A stretch of 64,000 nt of DNA from an uncultured Nitrososphaerota archaeon (GTDB lineage Archaea; Thermoproteota; Nitrososphaeria; Nitrososphaerales; CADDZS01), in NCBI GenBank assembly GCA_963799845.1, contig CAWCYI010000004.1, positions 1,824,001-1,888,000 of the forward strand, in the 5' to 3' direction. Below the pieces are notes generated by a model. The model was given only the letters and a program-made list of their open reading frames with translations, was not told the DNA's origin and ran no database searches. Position 1 is the first letter of the stretch, and each line of letters opens with the position of its first letter. The position numbers were made by a program, and so were the translations under genes. Shown here one piece after another: positions 30,897 to 40,906 of this stretch.

Positions 30897-31304
30897 TCAA
30901 CTCCAGTCCTCAAACCAAACATCGAGACAAGACAACTCATCCGACTGGCGTCGTGCGCTCGCGCCCGATGCTACGAGAAGCTCAGCCAGTCGCGTGATAC
31001 GTTTCCTTGTCTCGACTTTCGGGACCCGTCTATGCACGTCACCATTGATCCGTACAAGCTCTTCAGCAGCTAAGTGTGAAACTCCCATCTTCTTCGCAAG
31101 GCCCTCAACATCGTAGAACTTGACCTTCAGCTCTTCTCCTCCTACTCCTTCACGATGGTTGCCCAAAAGAATCTTGTGCGGGTGTTGTTGACATTTCATA
31201 ATATCCTGGAGCTGGCCAGTAGTTTTCATGCTTGAACGCAGAACTTCGAGTATCCTCTGATCTAATCTGGGAGTCGTCTCTGCCCTATTGACTTCGGGAG
31301 GCAT
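30897..31304 (-). CDS. Hypothetical protein divergent from a wHTH gene
   Basis: ATG start, divergent arrangement with a short AT-rich spacer; possible internal frameshift. Confidence 0.4.
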   Translation of the reverse strand: MPPEVNRAETTPRLDQRILEVLRSSMKTTGQLQDIMKCQQHPHKILLGNHREGVGGEELKVKFYDVEGLAKKMGVSHLAAEELVRINGDVHRRVPKVETRKRITRLAELLVASGASARRQSDELSCLDVWFEDWS

Positions 31305-31376
31305 GGATACTGTATGGTCGAGAGAGGCTTATAACTCCTTTCCCATGACAAATCCTAGTCTAGGACAAATACGGCC

Positions 31377-32057
31377 ATGCTAAATCACAATCAGATACAA
31401 AGAGACCAAACACGACTAAGGCTGCTCGCCCTTCTGGCCAAAAATGGGAAGCTATCGTGGTCCCAGTTGCTCATGAGTACTAAGCTAAACAAGAACACCA
31501 TATCAAACCAGTTGGCAGAATTGAGGAGAGGTGGCTGGATTGAAGAATCAATCGGCAGAACAGGTAACAGAGGGCGCCCGCAGCTTTTTTATTCAATATG
31601 CAGTGACAAGCGAGAAAAAGTTCGTCATTTGCTCAAGCCCGTTAAGGGGGTTCTTGAAATCGAAGATGAGTACGAGTCTTTCTTCTCGAATTATACAAGA
31701 GGAGTTGATCCTAATTCCAGTAAGCCGATCCAATCAGATATTCTAGATGCGTTGACAAAGGCAGCACTTGCGATGCTTCAGACAGTCATCCTTCAACGCG
31801 AGGCTTATCCGGGCAAGAGTACGATCACTGAATTTGAAGCAGTTTCTGCGGTCGGAAGGATCCTTGAATTGGCATTGTCCTTCCGAAAACTTCCCCTCGG
31901 CGAAAAAAACAAGGTAAGAAGGGATTTAGAAAACAATCGAAAGCAGATGGCAAATTTAGCTGCAAAATATATTTACGTTCCTGTGGAATCAAGAAAAGGA
32001 AAGAAGGTTCCAAAGGATAGCAACAGAAGAGAAGATTGTAAAGAGGTTGAAAGTTGA
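31377..32057 (+). CDS. ArsR-like winged-helix transcriptional regulator
   Basis: TRLRLLALLAKNGKLSWSQL...NTISNQLAELRRGGWIE...GRP..FYSI. Confidence 0.75.
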   Translation: MLNHNQIQRDQTRLRLLALLAKNGKLSWSQLLMSTKLNKNTISNQLAELRRGGWIEESIGRTGNRGRPQLFYSICSDKREKVRHLLKPVKGVLEIEDEYESFFSNYTRGVDPNSSKPIQSDILDALTKAALAMLQTVILQREAYPGKSTITEFEAVSAVGRILELALSFRKLPLGEKNKVRRDLENNRKQMANLAAKYIYVPVESRKGKKVPKDSNRREDCKEVES

Positions 32058-32553
32058 TTGGTCTTGTGCCTCTTTTCAAGCGGTTAGAGAAACTGAGTCT
32101 GATGATCGAGATCCTGGCCCCGATGGAAGTAGAGGAGAAATAATGTTTAGTTCAGCACAAGAATAACAAATTCAGTGTGGAGACTCTGCTGTCTCAGACG
32201 ACAACCCCTATGGATGCGTGCCAAAGCTTCTTCTTTACTGAGGTCCTAATGAAGAAAGTTATACAGTTGGAAGAAGAACTATCCAAAACTACCAGTGATT
32301 TGGCGCCCGCTTCGGTCGGCAATCAACGCTTTGGATCACGTGGAATTAGGACGCGCGCGTTTGAAATAGGATGCGTAAAAAATTGCTTTAATTTCGAGTA
32401 TTCGCAAGCGGAAAGCAGTTCTTACAGACGCAGTCTCAATCGCAAGAGTTCATGTCGATGAGACGAAAACTGGATTACGACTCCGACAAAACCCGCTAGA
32501 AGAAAGAAGGAATCCTACGATTATCAAAACATTTGAAGAATCTCTCGAGGCTA

Positions 32554-32772
32554 TCAGGCGGCTCGGGCCGGATGACCCTTCCCAGCTTTCGTCGTACTTA
32601 GTTTACCCGGCTCATGAAAGAGCATATGTTGGGTTAGGTCAGCCTGATTTGTGAAGACCTGCCCACAGATTTTGCACTGAAATGATCCTTGCCGAGTTGA
32701 TGAAGGACCAATTATCTCAGCGTCAGAAGAAGGTGTACTCTTAGTAGAGTCAGCCGGTCTGTCGCTTTGCAA
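32554..32772 (-). CDS. C2H2 zinc-finger microprotein
   Basis: FQCKICGQVFTNQADLTQHMLFH. Confidence 0.75.
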   Translation of the reverse strand: MQSDRPADSTKSTPSSDAEIIGPSSTRQGSFQCKICGQVFTNQADLTQHMLFHEPGKLSTTKAGKGHPARAA

Positions 32773-32804
32773 CTATACCGCCTAAGTAATTTCTGTTTCC
32801 GAGC

Positions 32805-32830
32805 TATTATGATTTCAGATAGAATCTTCA
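32805..32830 (-). promoter_or_regulatory. Recurrent upstream element plus TATA box
   Basis: TGAAGATTCTA-tctgaaatc-ATAATA. Confidence 0.5.
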
Positions 32831-33748
32831 TACTTGAAGGGAACTGAGACTTGAAGGTGAACTCCGGCTTTTGGGGTCCCTCTTTATCAAGGAATCCAAG
32901 ATAATTGTTCTAATTTTGATAGAACAGTTTACTGACATTGTCTGACCGCATGAAAGTGGTTGAGAGCCTTTCCCAAACCCCAGATAATTGGAAAAATGCA
33001 GGGGTATACTGCTCTAGGAATTTTTAGATCGCTGTGATTTTGGAGTATTCGGCGTTGCCTCCTCCTCCTCCGTCAAAGGGTACGGCTTTGTGTCTTTCTT
33101 TTCCTTTGAAGATCTATCAAGTTTGTCAGGTGTGGGAGCTTTCGTCGGCTCCTACTTTCGAGTCATATCCTGGTTTTCGGTTTTCTTCATGAAATCAACT
33201 CTTGTTTATCTGGGAAAATATAGACCCCTATCTCTCAACCTATGAGCGAGAAAAGCCTCCATAAATCGCGCAGATGCTTTGAAGTTTTTTCGCTAGTCTT
33301 GCTCTCTTGTTTGTATCCGACTAGTTGTTGCTTTGGCATGATTCCCCTCAAAAAGACGATTGATAATTTCAATTATTTGTCGCAATCACAAAGAAAAAAG
33401 TTCTAGATCAATCAATTCTCAAGAATTAGTGGGTGATCGATCTCGGTCGTTCAGCCCGTTTCTTAACTGAGAAATATCTAAGCGGGCATATCCAGCATCA
33501 AGAATTATAATATGCGCTAGCACCTTTACGAACTAAAGATTAACTACAAGAGCGCGCTCTCTCTTGGAATCCTAAAGATTGCTCTCAACTTCGAGAACCT
33601 AAATATTCGTTGATCCGCGTGTTTTTTTGAATGATCCTTTTTCTCAAAATCTTATATGGCATAAATGAATTTTTGGCGGATTTCTTTGTTAGATAAGATT
33701 GTAACCTTTCATTAATCAATTTAGGGAGGAACAAATCTTCTGGTCTTA

Positions 33749-33895
33749 ATGCCAAAGGGAAAAACTCACCGTTTTACTTCGAAAGAACACAGGCAAGCCG
33801 AACACATCATAGAATCAGAGGAAAAATTGGGTAGGTCCAAAGAAAGGGCCAAAAGAATTGCGTATGCGACTGTCAATAAACAAAAAAAGTCTTAA
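33749..33895 (+). CDS. ChaB-like/'plasmid stabilization'-type stress microprotein (not in the ORF track)
   Basis: MPKGKTHRFTSKEHRQAEHIIESEEKLGRSKERAKRIAYATVNKQKKS; paralog of 40141. Confidence 0.75.
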   Translation: MPKGKTHRFTSKEHRQAEHIIESEEKLGRSKERAKRIAYATVNKQKKS

Positions 33896-34096
33896 TTTTG
33901 GAAAGACTGAATTTCAAAGACTAATTTAATCGGCGCTCCAAAAGACTCTCGAAAAGTAGTAAATCGGTTTGTGGTACAATATTGACTGCCCAATGCGATG
34001 ATTATTAGAGCACCATAACCCCTCTGATATTTCAGTATAGAGAAATCATCGCATATGCTGAAATAAGACGACTGCATTAATTCAGACAGTGAATTA

Positions 34097-34945
34097 TTGA
34101 CCTTGGCTAACGAAAATATCACTACAGCCTCCACCGTAGATTGGAAAGAAATACAAAAGAAAGAGGCGAGAGGAGTAAACGGCTTTAACTTGGGAGAAGT
34201 TCAAGATTCAGGCCCCTCCTATGTCCACACACAAAAGGGAATTGCCAAGAAGGAACAATTCTACATTCCAAAATATTTGGTCGAAGGATACGATGGCAGT
34301 ATCTTGTGGTTCAACGTGTCTGAGGCCCAGGCACCTCAACTCGTACTCACTAGCCCGCCGTCAGACGAGGAATACAGAACGCGATACAGAACAAAAGAAA
34401 TGCGATCCGATATTGAGAAAACGATTCCAGTGATCAAGCGATCGCTTACGGGAAATCAAAGATTACTGAGGGATGTTTTGGTCGATGAAATGAGAGATCT
34501 TTACCATGCAGAAAATCAGCTCGTTAACGCACTGCCGAAAATGTCGGAGGCCGCGCGCGATCCACAGTTGAAATTATCATTTCAAAACCATCTTGAGCAA
34601 ACAAAGTTGCATGCAACTCGCCTTGAACAGGCTTTCAATATGCTTGGCGAACCCCCCCAGGGAAAACCGTGCAAAGGAATGATGGGTCTGATTCAGGAAG
34701 GTGAAGAGGAGATTATTGAAGGAAAGCAAAAGGAGGCCTTTGCAGCCGATCTCGGGTTAATCACTGCAGCTCAAAAGGTTGAGCACTATGAAATCTCTGG
34801 TTATGGTACCGTTAGAACCATGGCAGAAAAAATAGGCAAGCAAGATATTGCCTCATTGTTGCAGCAGACGGAAATGGAGGAAAAACAGACTGACCAATTG
34901 CTTACTCGGGCAGCAATGCCAATGCTGGACCGAGCATCAATGTAA
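34097..34945 (+). CDS. PRC-barrel-like domain fused to DUF892 (YciE/YciF) ferritin-like domain
   Basis: N-terminal KKEARG...LGEV...FYIPKYLVEGYDGSILWF; C-terminal DLYHAENQL..ALPKM, CKGMMGLI.EG, AAQKVEHYEISGYG. Confidence 0.88.
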   Translation: MTLANENITTASTVDWKEIQKKEARGVNGFNLGEVQDSGPSYVHTQKGIAKKEQFYIPKYLVEGYDGSILWFNVSEAQAPQLVLTSPPSDEEYRTRYRTKEMRSDIEKTIPVIKRSLTGNQRLLRDVLVDEMRDLYHAENQLVNALPKMSEAARDPQLKLSFQNHLEQTKLHATRLEQAFNMLGEPPQGKPCKGMMGLIQEGEEEIIEGKQKEAFAADLGLITAAQKVEHYEISGYGTVRTMAEKIGKQDIASLLQQTEMEEKQTDQLLTRAAMPMLDRASM

Positions 34946-35466
34946 CATAACCCGCATAATCGAAAGATAATGCGCTTTCGCAAAATCTGAATTTCACCTG
35001 GATAATTCATCGAACTTCAAAATTCGCAAGACGTCAAAACCGTTTGAATCTCTTGACTCTGAAATCGATAAAGGATCTAGCGTCACAAGATTACGACAGA
35101 AGACTCAAAGGTGTGTTCGCAATTCAGACGGAAAATTGCCAAGAGTGTCGCAGACGCGTTGAGTGTAACCCTCCTTACAACCGAGAAAGAGGACTTAACG
35201 ATGGGATACTGACAACACTCAGGCTCATACCCTGTATCTGAAGGGCTGAAATGGAGTGTCGCTAACCAGATTCCTGAACTCGTTGGTTTCCGGTTCCCTC
35301 GTATTTTTAGATGACATTGGAAATCCAATGAAGCTTGTGAGACAATCTCGACGGCACCCATTCAGTAGTGCTTTTTGAATTTTCTAACTAAAGATAATTC
35401 TATAGAAATCAATCTTTATAATTATTAGTCATTTGGAGTTGATACTCTTGAGGATGAGAGAGGTCA

Positions 35467-35607
35467 ATGTCAGCATTGATGAAATGTGAAGTGTGCGCCG
35501 ATATTTTCAATAAAAGACAAGAATTAGAAGTACATTATAGAGCGGAGCACAACCCGGAATCAAAAAAATCGAAGCAGAGTAACCTTCATCCAAGATTAAT
35601 CGAGTGA
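35467..35607 (+). CDS. C2H2 zinc-finger microprotein (not in the ORF track)
   Basis: MSALMKCEVCADIFNKRQELEVHYRAEHNP... Confidence 0.7.
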   Translation: MSALMKCEVCADIFNKRQELEVHYRAEHNPESKKSKQSNLHPRLIE

Positions 35608-35615
35608 TTATCGAA

Positions 35616-35780
35616 TTGTCAAAACACCTCCTGCAAGGGGAGAAAGATAAGATCAAGGGAAAGCTTCGCGTGGCAAAAGGAAGAATAAGCGGTAATCGGA
35701 CAGAAGTGGTGAAAGGAAGGCTTCAGCAAAAGAAAGGGATTCTGAAAAAGAAAATTTGGCGATTGAGGTACCGCCTATAG
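35616..35780 (+). CDS. CsbD-like general stress microprotein (not in the ORF track)
   Basis: DKIKGKLRVAKGRISGNRTEVVKGRLQQKKG matches the CsbD pattern DK.KGK.K...G..TG....EG...Q..G. Confidence 0.65.
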   Translation: MSKHLLQGEKDKIKGKLRVAKGRISGNRTEVVKGRLQQKKGILKKKIWRLRYRL

Positions 35781-36072
35781 ACTTCGTGTTTCCACTATTT
35801 ATTTTATGTGCAACGTCATCCTTAGCGCTTTTTACGAGCGCTCATGGTCTCCCCACTTTCCGGTACAATTCCCTAGGCATAGCCAATGTCAATTAGAAAA
35901 GAATCCCATGACTCTTTTTTCAAAGATTCGACTAGACGATTCCCCGTAAACTTTCTTCGGATTTCAATAAGATTAAGCACGCTCGATCGAGAATTTTTCA
36001 AAAGAGACTTTTGGAAAACTTGCAGCGGCATCCATTTAGAGTACAAAGGCTATCGAGATACTCGATAATGTC

Positions 36073-36258
36073 ATGGGATTAGTCAATCTCGCAATCCTGG
36101 TCTTGATTTTATTCATCGTTTTCGCAGTCTTAGGATTCTGAGGCATAGCGGCAGCTCTTGGAAGCATTCTGTACCTTCTCATCATCGTTATCGTGGTCAT
36201 ATTCGTCGCAAGTCTTGTAGCTGGAAGATCTTGGTACGGATTAGCCCTAAGACAATAA
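36073..36258 (+). pseudogene. DUF1328 (UPF0391/YtjA-like) membrane microprotein with in-frame TGA at 36139
   Basis: MGLVNLAILVLILFIVFAVLGF*GIAAALGSILYLLIIVIVVIFVASLVAGR. Confidence 0.7.
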
Positions 36259-36619
36259 AAGTCGTTTATGATTTCTATTTTGATCTAACGACAAACTTCA
36301 TTTGCAAAAACTGAACCAACTTCAAACAAGTTTCTAAAAAAGTTCGATGCATTAATCTTATCACTAATTCTTAAAGAAGCTCGAATCTCACTGAACGAAT
36401 TACTTCAACGGCAGATTCACAGACTGTCCGCGATCGTCCGACTCGTAAGCCGCCGGAACGATTTCAATCATCGCCCGCCTCAGGAGTTGTCTGTGATATT
36501 TCGCGCTCACCAATTATTCCCCGGGAACTCGATTGAAACGTCGGTTCTCCTAAGCCGTAGGTGGAGGTTTAACGCGGATGTAGGGAAAACGCTTCTGTCA
36601 TGATAGAAAACGACCGCTC

Positions 36620-36886
36620 TTAATTTTCGTCAGCTAAATATTTTGAAATTAATCCTTTCATGATTTCGTAATCAATTTCGTCAGCAGGAATGATTCTGTA
36701 TGCTCTTTCTTCACTTCGAATAGTCTCTTTTCGAATGATTAATCCTTTGGTTTCTAAACCTTCGCATATTTTGGAAATAATCCCTGAACTTAGACCAGTT
36801 GAACTGACAAGATAAGATTGGTAGACACCTTCTCTTATTTCTGATGTTATTTTCTCGACAATGTCCCTGTCGGGATTCCCTCCCAT
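36620..36886 (-). CDS. Small winged-helix protein
   Basis: GVYQSYLVSSTGLSSGIISKICEGLETKGLIIRK. Confidence 0.7.
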   Translation of the reverse strand: MGGNPDRDIVEKITSEIREGVYQSYLVSSTGLSSGIISKICEGLETKGLIIRKETIRSEERAYRIIPADEIDYEIMKGLISKYLADEN

Positions 36887-37129
36887 TTAGATAGGCCACA
36901 TCCCTTCTCACGCAAGAAAGTGATTTGGCTAGACTCCAATTAAAATATAGCGAATCGAGCTTTGAGATCCTCGGTCTTTCTCAGTCGAGGCGAAAATAGA
37001 CACTGTCGCTTCGGTTTAACTCACTACTTTCGCTTGTTTTTCGAGGTGTAGGCAAGCAAAGCAATGTCTGTGACTGGTCGGCGCATTATTCCGAGGAAGA
37101 GCGCCTGCTCCATACATGAAGGATTCTAG

Positions 37130-37429
37130 CTACCCTTTCCACAGTCCGATGCCGAACCCGATAATCCAGAAGATCGGAAACGCGTAGAATACAGCCCCGA
37201 TGTGGGACGCCTGAGAGAGGAAGATATCCACGATGCGGCTCCAGACATCCGACAGACTGATGAAGGGAATTGAAAGACCAATGGCACCGGCGAGAACAAG
37301 CCCCACAACTATGAGAATCGCGGAACTTATCCCCTTCTTTGCGGCGAGCCAAAGACCAGTCCATCCGCGAATAAAAGTACTATCGATACGACTCCGGCTA
37401 TCGTCGTTGGAGGCGCGATCAACTTTCAA
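37130..37429 (-). CDS. Small membrane protein (family with 25194 and 43130), frameshift near 37350
   Basis: LLFADGLVFG in one frame and LAAKKG...FPIFWIIGFGIGLWKG in the next. Confidence 0.65.
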   Translation of the reverse strand: MKVDRASNDDSRSRIDSTFIRGWTGLWLAAKKGISSAILIVVGLVLAGAIGLSIPFISLSDVWSRIVDIFLSQASHIGAVFYAFPIFWIIGFGIGLWKG

Positions 37430-37436
37430 ATCACCT

Positions 37437-37745
37437 TTATGTTTGTACTAGTGAAGGTTCAGGGGGCGCGTTTTGTTTTAGACTTTCATTTCGCACTTTC
37501 GCAGATGGCATTAGCTCTTTGATCTCTTCGTATGCATTCAAGAATTTGAGTCCTTTTTCCGTTATTAAGTAAAGTCGAGCTCCTTCATCATATCTTACCA
37601 AGTCTCTGTCCTGGAGCAGGCCGAGATATTCAGACAGTTGGGCGTACGATAAGTAAGCGCTGTACATTATGCGAGTCTTGGTCGTACCTGATCCGATTGA
37701 CCGCAACATGCTGTCGATAATTTCTGTGCTGCTTCTGTACTTCAT
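37437..37745 (-). CDS. HTH_45-type winged-helix regulator (paralog 2)
   Basis: MKYRSSTEIIDSML...TKTRIMYSAYLSY.QL.EYL...ITEKG. Confidence 0.9.
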   Translation of the reverse strand: MKYRSSTEIIDSMLRSIGSGTTKTRIMYSAYLSYAQLSEYLGLLQDRDLVRYDEGARLYLITEKGLKFLNAYEEIKELMPSAKVRNESLKQNAPPEPSLVQT

Positions 37746-38176
37746 GATTTTGGTAAATGCGGGACATGGTGTGGAATATTAACAGTTTGGAACAATGTTT
37801 GTTTCGAGTCTAGTTGATATTCACATATTCTCCATTTTTGGATAATACACAGAGCCCGTCGATAAATTAAGTCAGCATAGGCTTTGGATTCCCTGGAGAA
37901 GCGTCCTCCTCGCTTTTGAAAACGGATCGGACACCTGTTATAGATCCGGAAAAGACGGATGTGGTCTATCCTTTGGATACAATCTTCGATCACCTTACTT
38001 TTGCTGAGCGAATTTATCGCTGAATGAATTCAAAAGATCTCCCTGACTCCAGTGCCTCTTGATTTCTTTTATTGCTTTGAGTAGCTGATGATGGAATCGG
38101 ATCTTCCGAAGTGTTTGCAGTATTCGGATCTACGGTCAAATGGGCCTTGTGGTTACAATCTCAATGCCATTTCATT

Positions 38177-38443
38177 TCAAGTATGAGGCTCGCGATTGGA
38201 GTCGTTTCCGGAAATAAATGGGTATACACCTGCCAGAACTTCGGCTTCGGTGGCGCGGAGGTAGACTCTTTCTCCATCAAAAGTTGCCACTGACTCCTTG
38301 GGAATCCGAAGTAATCGCATACCTCTGACTGCTACAAGAAGAGGGCCGTCGCCTTCTTTGGTATGGCCAACTTCCTTGTTATCACAGCTTTTGACTTCTT
38401 TTCCCGTTATTTCGGCGTCCTGCCAGGTTGGAACAGTTATCAT
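38177..38443 (-). CDS. Stand-alone PRC-barrel-like protein
   Basis: GKEVKSCDNKEVG...RIPKESVATFDGERVYL; similar to the N-domain of 34097. Confidence 0.65.
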   Translation of the reverse strand: MITVPTWQDAEITGKEVKSCDNKEVGHTKEGDGPLLVAVRGMRLLRIPKESVATFDGERVYLRATEAEVLAGVYPFISGNDSNREPHT

Positions 38444-38464
38444 GACTAGTTAAAATGAAAAGTG

Positions 38465-38493
38465 CCTAATATGTTCCCACAAGATCTTTCTAG
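38465..38493 (-). promoter_or_regulatory. Recurrent upstream element plus TATA-like box
   Basis: CTAGAAAGATCTT-gtgggaaca-TATTAGG. Confidence 0.5.
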
Positions 38494-38674
38494 TAAGAAG
38501 GAACTAGGAGATTGACTTTTCATTTTACTAATGGGTTACTTCCAAAAGGCGGTTCCTTACAGAATTTATTTTACTAGAAGATATTCCTGAAATTTTATTT
38601 GACCATCGTTAAATTCATCCGCGGAACTCTGAGGTTCCACAGAATCGTTTTAAAATTGCTAAAGGTGACAAGAA

Positions 38675-39625
38675 TTGGCGCAAGAATTCGATAAATTATT
38701 AGTCGCAATCGATGACTCAGATATTGCCGATCAAGTATTGCATCTTGCGATTGGCATTGCTCTTCCCGATTCATCCAGGCTCGATGTACTCCACGTCGTG
38801 AATCCCTCTCCTTCTACGGCAGTCGAGATTCCATCTCCATTGCTTGGGTCGTCTGTTCCTCCGGTTATTCCCCTCCCGGCCGACTCTGCTCAAAGCACCC
38901 CCGAGGATTCGGATTCAAATGCCAAGTTAAAGGGTGAGGAACTTCTCGCCGAAAGTAAAGCTGAGATTCAAAAAGCTTCACAGAATTTTAGTAGCGATAA
39001 GAAACTCCAGTGCGATACTATTTTACTCAGATCCTCCGACGTTGCTAGAGAGATAATCAGGACATCAAAAGAGGGAGCTTACGACCTAGTGATAGTTGGC
39101 AGTCGAGGCCTCGGCATTCTCAAGAGCTTCTTTCTCGGAAGTGTCTCAAAAAAGGTCGCCAAGGAAGCTAAGTGTTCGGTCCTCGTTGTAAAGAAAGCGT
39201 CCGGCACCCTCAATAGGTTTCTCCTTGGATACAACGGTTCCGAAGAAGGAAAGAAAGCTCTCAACATTGGTGCAAGTCTTGGTAAGAATTTCAATGCGGA
39301 AATTGATCCGATATGTGTGGTCAGTATTCCTCCTATCATGCCTACTATTGAACAATCAACCATAAACAATCTTGAAGGAGAAATGAAATCTTATGCGGCT
39401 GATGCTGTTTCATCCCTCAAGAATCAAGGTGTCCCTACGTCTAAGGGAATAGTGATCGATTCACCGAGCATATCAGGAGCGATAGAGGAGTATTCTACCA
39501 AGAACTCCTACGATCTTGTTATCGTTGGAAACCACCCGAAAGGGAAACTGGAAACCCTTCTGCTAGGGAGTGTGTCTTTAGACGTCGTCGAACAATCAAA
39601 AACCAATGTCCTCGTGGTCAAATGA
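38675..39625 (+). CDS. Tandem-domain universal stress protein
   Basis: Two USP domains, DLVIVGSRG...LGSVS and DLVIVGN...LLGSVS. Confidence 0.92.
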   Translation: MAQEFDKLLVAIDDSDIADQVLHLAIGIALPDSSRLDVLHVVNPSPSTAVEIPSPLLGSSVPPVIPLPADSAQSTPEDSDSNAKLKGEELLAESKAEIQKASQNFSSDKKLQCDTILLRSSDVAREIIRTSKEGAYDLVIVGSRGLGILKSFFLGSVSKKVAKEAKCSVLVVKKASGTLNRFLLGYNGSEEGKKALNIGASLGKNFNAEIDPICVVSIPPIMPTIEQSTINNLEGEMKSYAADAVSSLKNQGVPTSKGIVIDSPSISGAIEEYSTKNSYDLVIVGNHPKGKLETLLLGSVSLDVVEQSKTNVLVVK

Positions 39626-40140
39626 AAAATTAGGCCGATTCCGACTACAATCCCACATGGGACAATGCAGCGCCACACCGAAATGTGATTGTCCCTCGAG
39701 GATCCTTGTGGAAAGTGAAGTGGTTGTTTTTTGATTAGTAAACAGGAATCTTAGTTTCTGTCTAACCTTCAGAATATTTCTTAGAAACAAGAAAGACTGC
39801 TTGAAAAAGCAGCTTGAATCAAGAGTTTCCTCTCATTTCTAATTCGATTTCAATTTCCCTTAGTCGAGCTCTTATCTGGTTTCTAGGAACTATCCATAGC
39901 ACAAGTCCACGAGGAGTTAATCTTCTACACTTTGCGATGTTAGCTTCCAATACCACCATCTGATTTTTGTAATCTTGAATACAGGATTTCAACCGATCAT
40001 TATTTAACTCTGCGAACAGCTTGTTGAACCATCTGATTTTTCTTTCGGATAGTTCACTAATTACTAGAGATTTTTGCAGAAATCACACCACTTGTCCCAC
40101 CTCAGTTCATTGAAAAATCCGCAAATCATTTTCACTGTTC

Positions 40141-40329
40141 TTATTCTTCTCGCACCTCGCGTGACAGATCTTTTTGTACAGTTCTCCACTCTATTTCCTC
40201 CGCACGTTCTGGCGAATCACCACGGGCCTCCTCACTTCGCTCTATGTGCTCTGCCATCCTGTCTGCCTTTTCGGTGTGTTCATGGCCTCCTACGCCTCTT
40301 CGAATTTCGCTATGTTTCTTGCTCGGCAT
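40141..40329 (-). CDS. ChaB-like stress microprotein, paralog of 33749
   Basis: RMAEHIERSEEARGDSPERAEEIEWRTV. Confidence 0.7.
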   Translation of the reverse strand: MPSKKHSEIRRGVGGHEHTEKADRMAEHIERSEEARGDSPERAEEIEWRTVQKDLSREVREE

Positions 40330-40526
40330 AATTAGCTTGGACTGGAATTAGAGCAACAAGAGCTTGCGAAATTTGAACTAGAGGATTATCCCCTAATTTT
40401 GTATACTAATTTTACAAGCTTTCATAGATTATGATTTATCAAAATTGTAAGTGACTTTCTTATTGAATAATGGCTGCAAAGATGTAACAATGACTTTTGA
40501 ATAAAGCTATTTACTCTCTGAAGCGA

Positions 40527-40769
40527 TCAATCCATTCCTCGGACTAGATTACATGCCGCTCTGACTCTTCTGGAATTTTCCTCTGCGTAGGATCTTATTT
40601 TCAGGAGAGAAAGTTCGATCGCTTGACTATTTCCCTTGCCCTGCTCAATAGAATCTTCGATTATTTCGTCCTCGAAAACTATCATTTGGTCAATGTCGAC
40701 GCTCGAATGCATCAGTAAATCTACTGTTTGCCTTATCCCAGGCTTATTGGGATCCACTTCCTCTAGCAA
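40527..40769 (-). CDS. Stand-alone DHp/HisKA-like helical protein (copy 2)
   Basis: DLLMHSSVDIDQMIVFEDEIIED; close paralog of 20844. Confidence 0.6.
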   Translation of the reverse strand: MLEEVDPNKPGIRQTVDLLMHSSVDIDQMIVFEDEIIEDSIEQGKGNSQAIELSLLKIRSYAEENSRRVRAACNLVRGMD

Positions 40770-40906
40770 ATCTGATCTCTTGTCGTTCTAGACAAGACAA
40801 ATGCTTGCAAGTTATTATCTTTAGCTTAACATTAATCCTAATTCTTTTCTAGTCCTTGTTCCAGACACCCAAAGAACCTTCAAAAAATACCAAATTAGGA
40901 GCGTCA

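Noticed and set aside
36139-36141. Selenocysteine or recoded TGA
   Set aside because: The position is not a Cys-type site, and TGA is used as a normal stop throughout the window.
36455-36545. CRISPR repeat-like ends (TTTCAATC...GATTGAAAC)
   Set aside because: Single occurrence, no repeat-spacer periodicity and no cas genes in the window.
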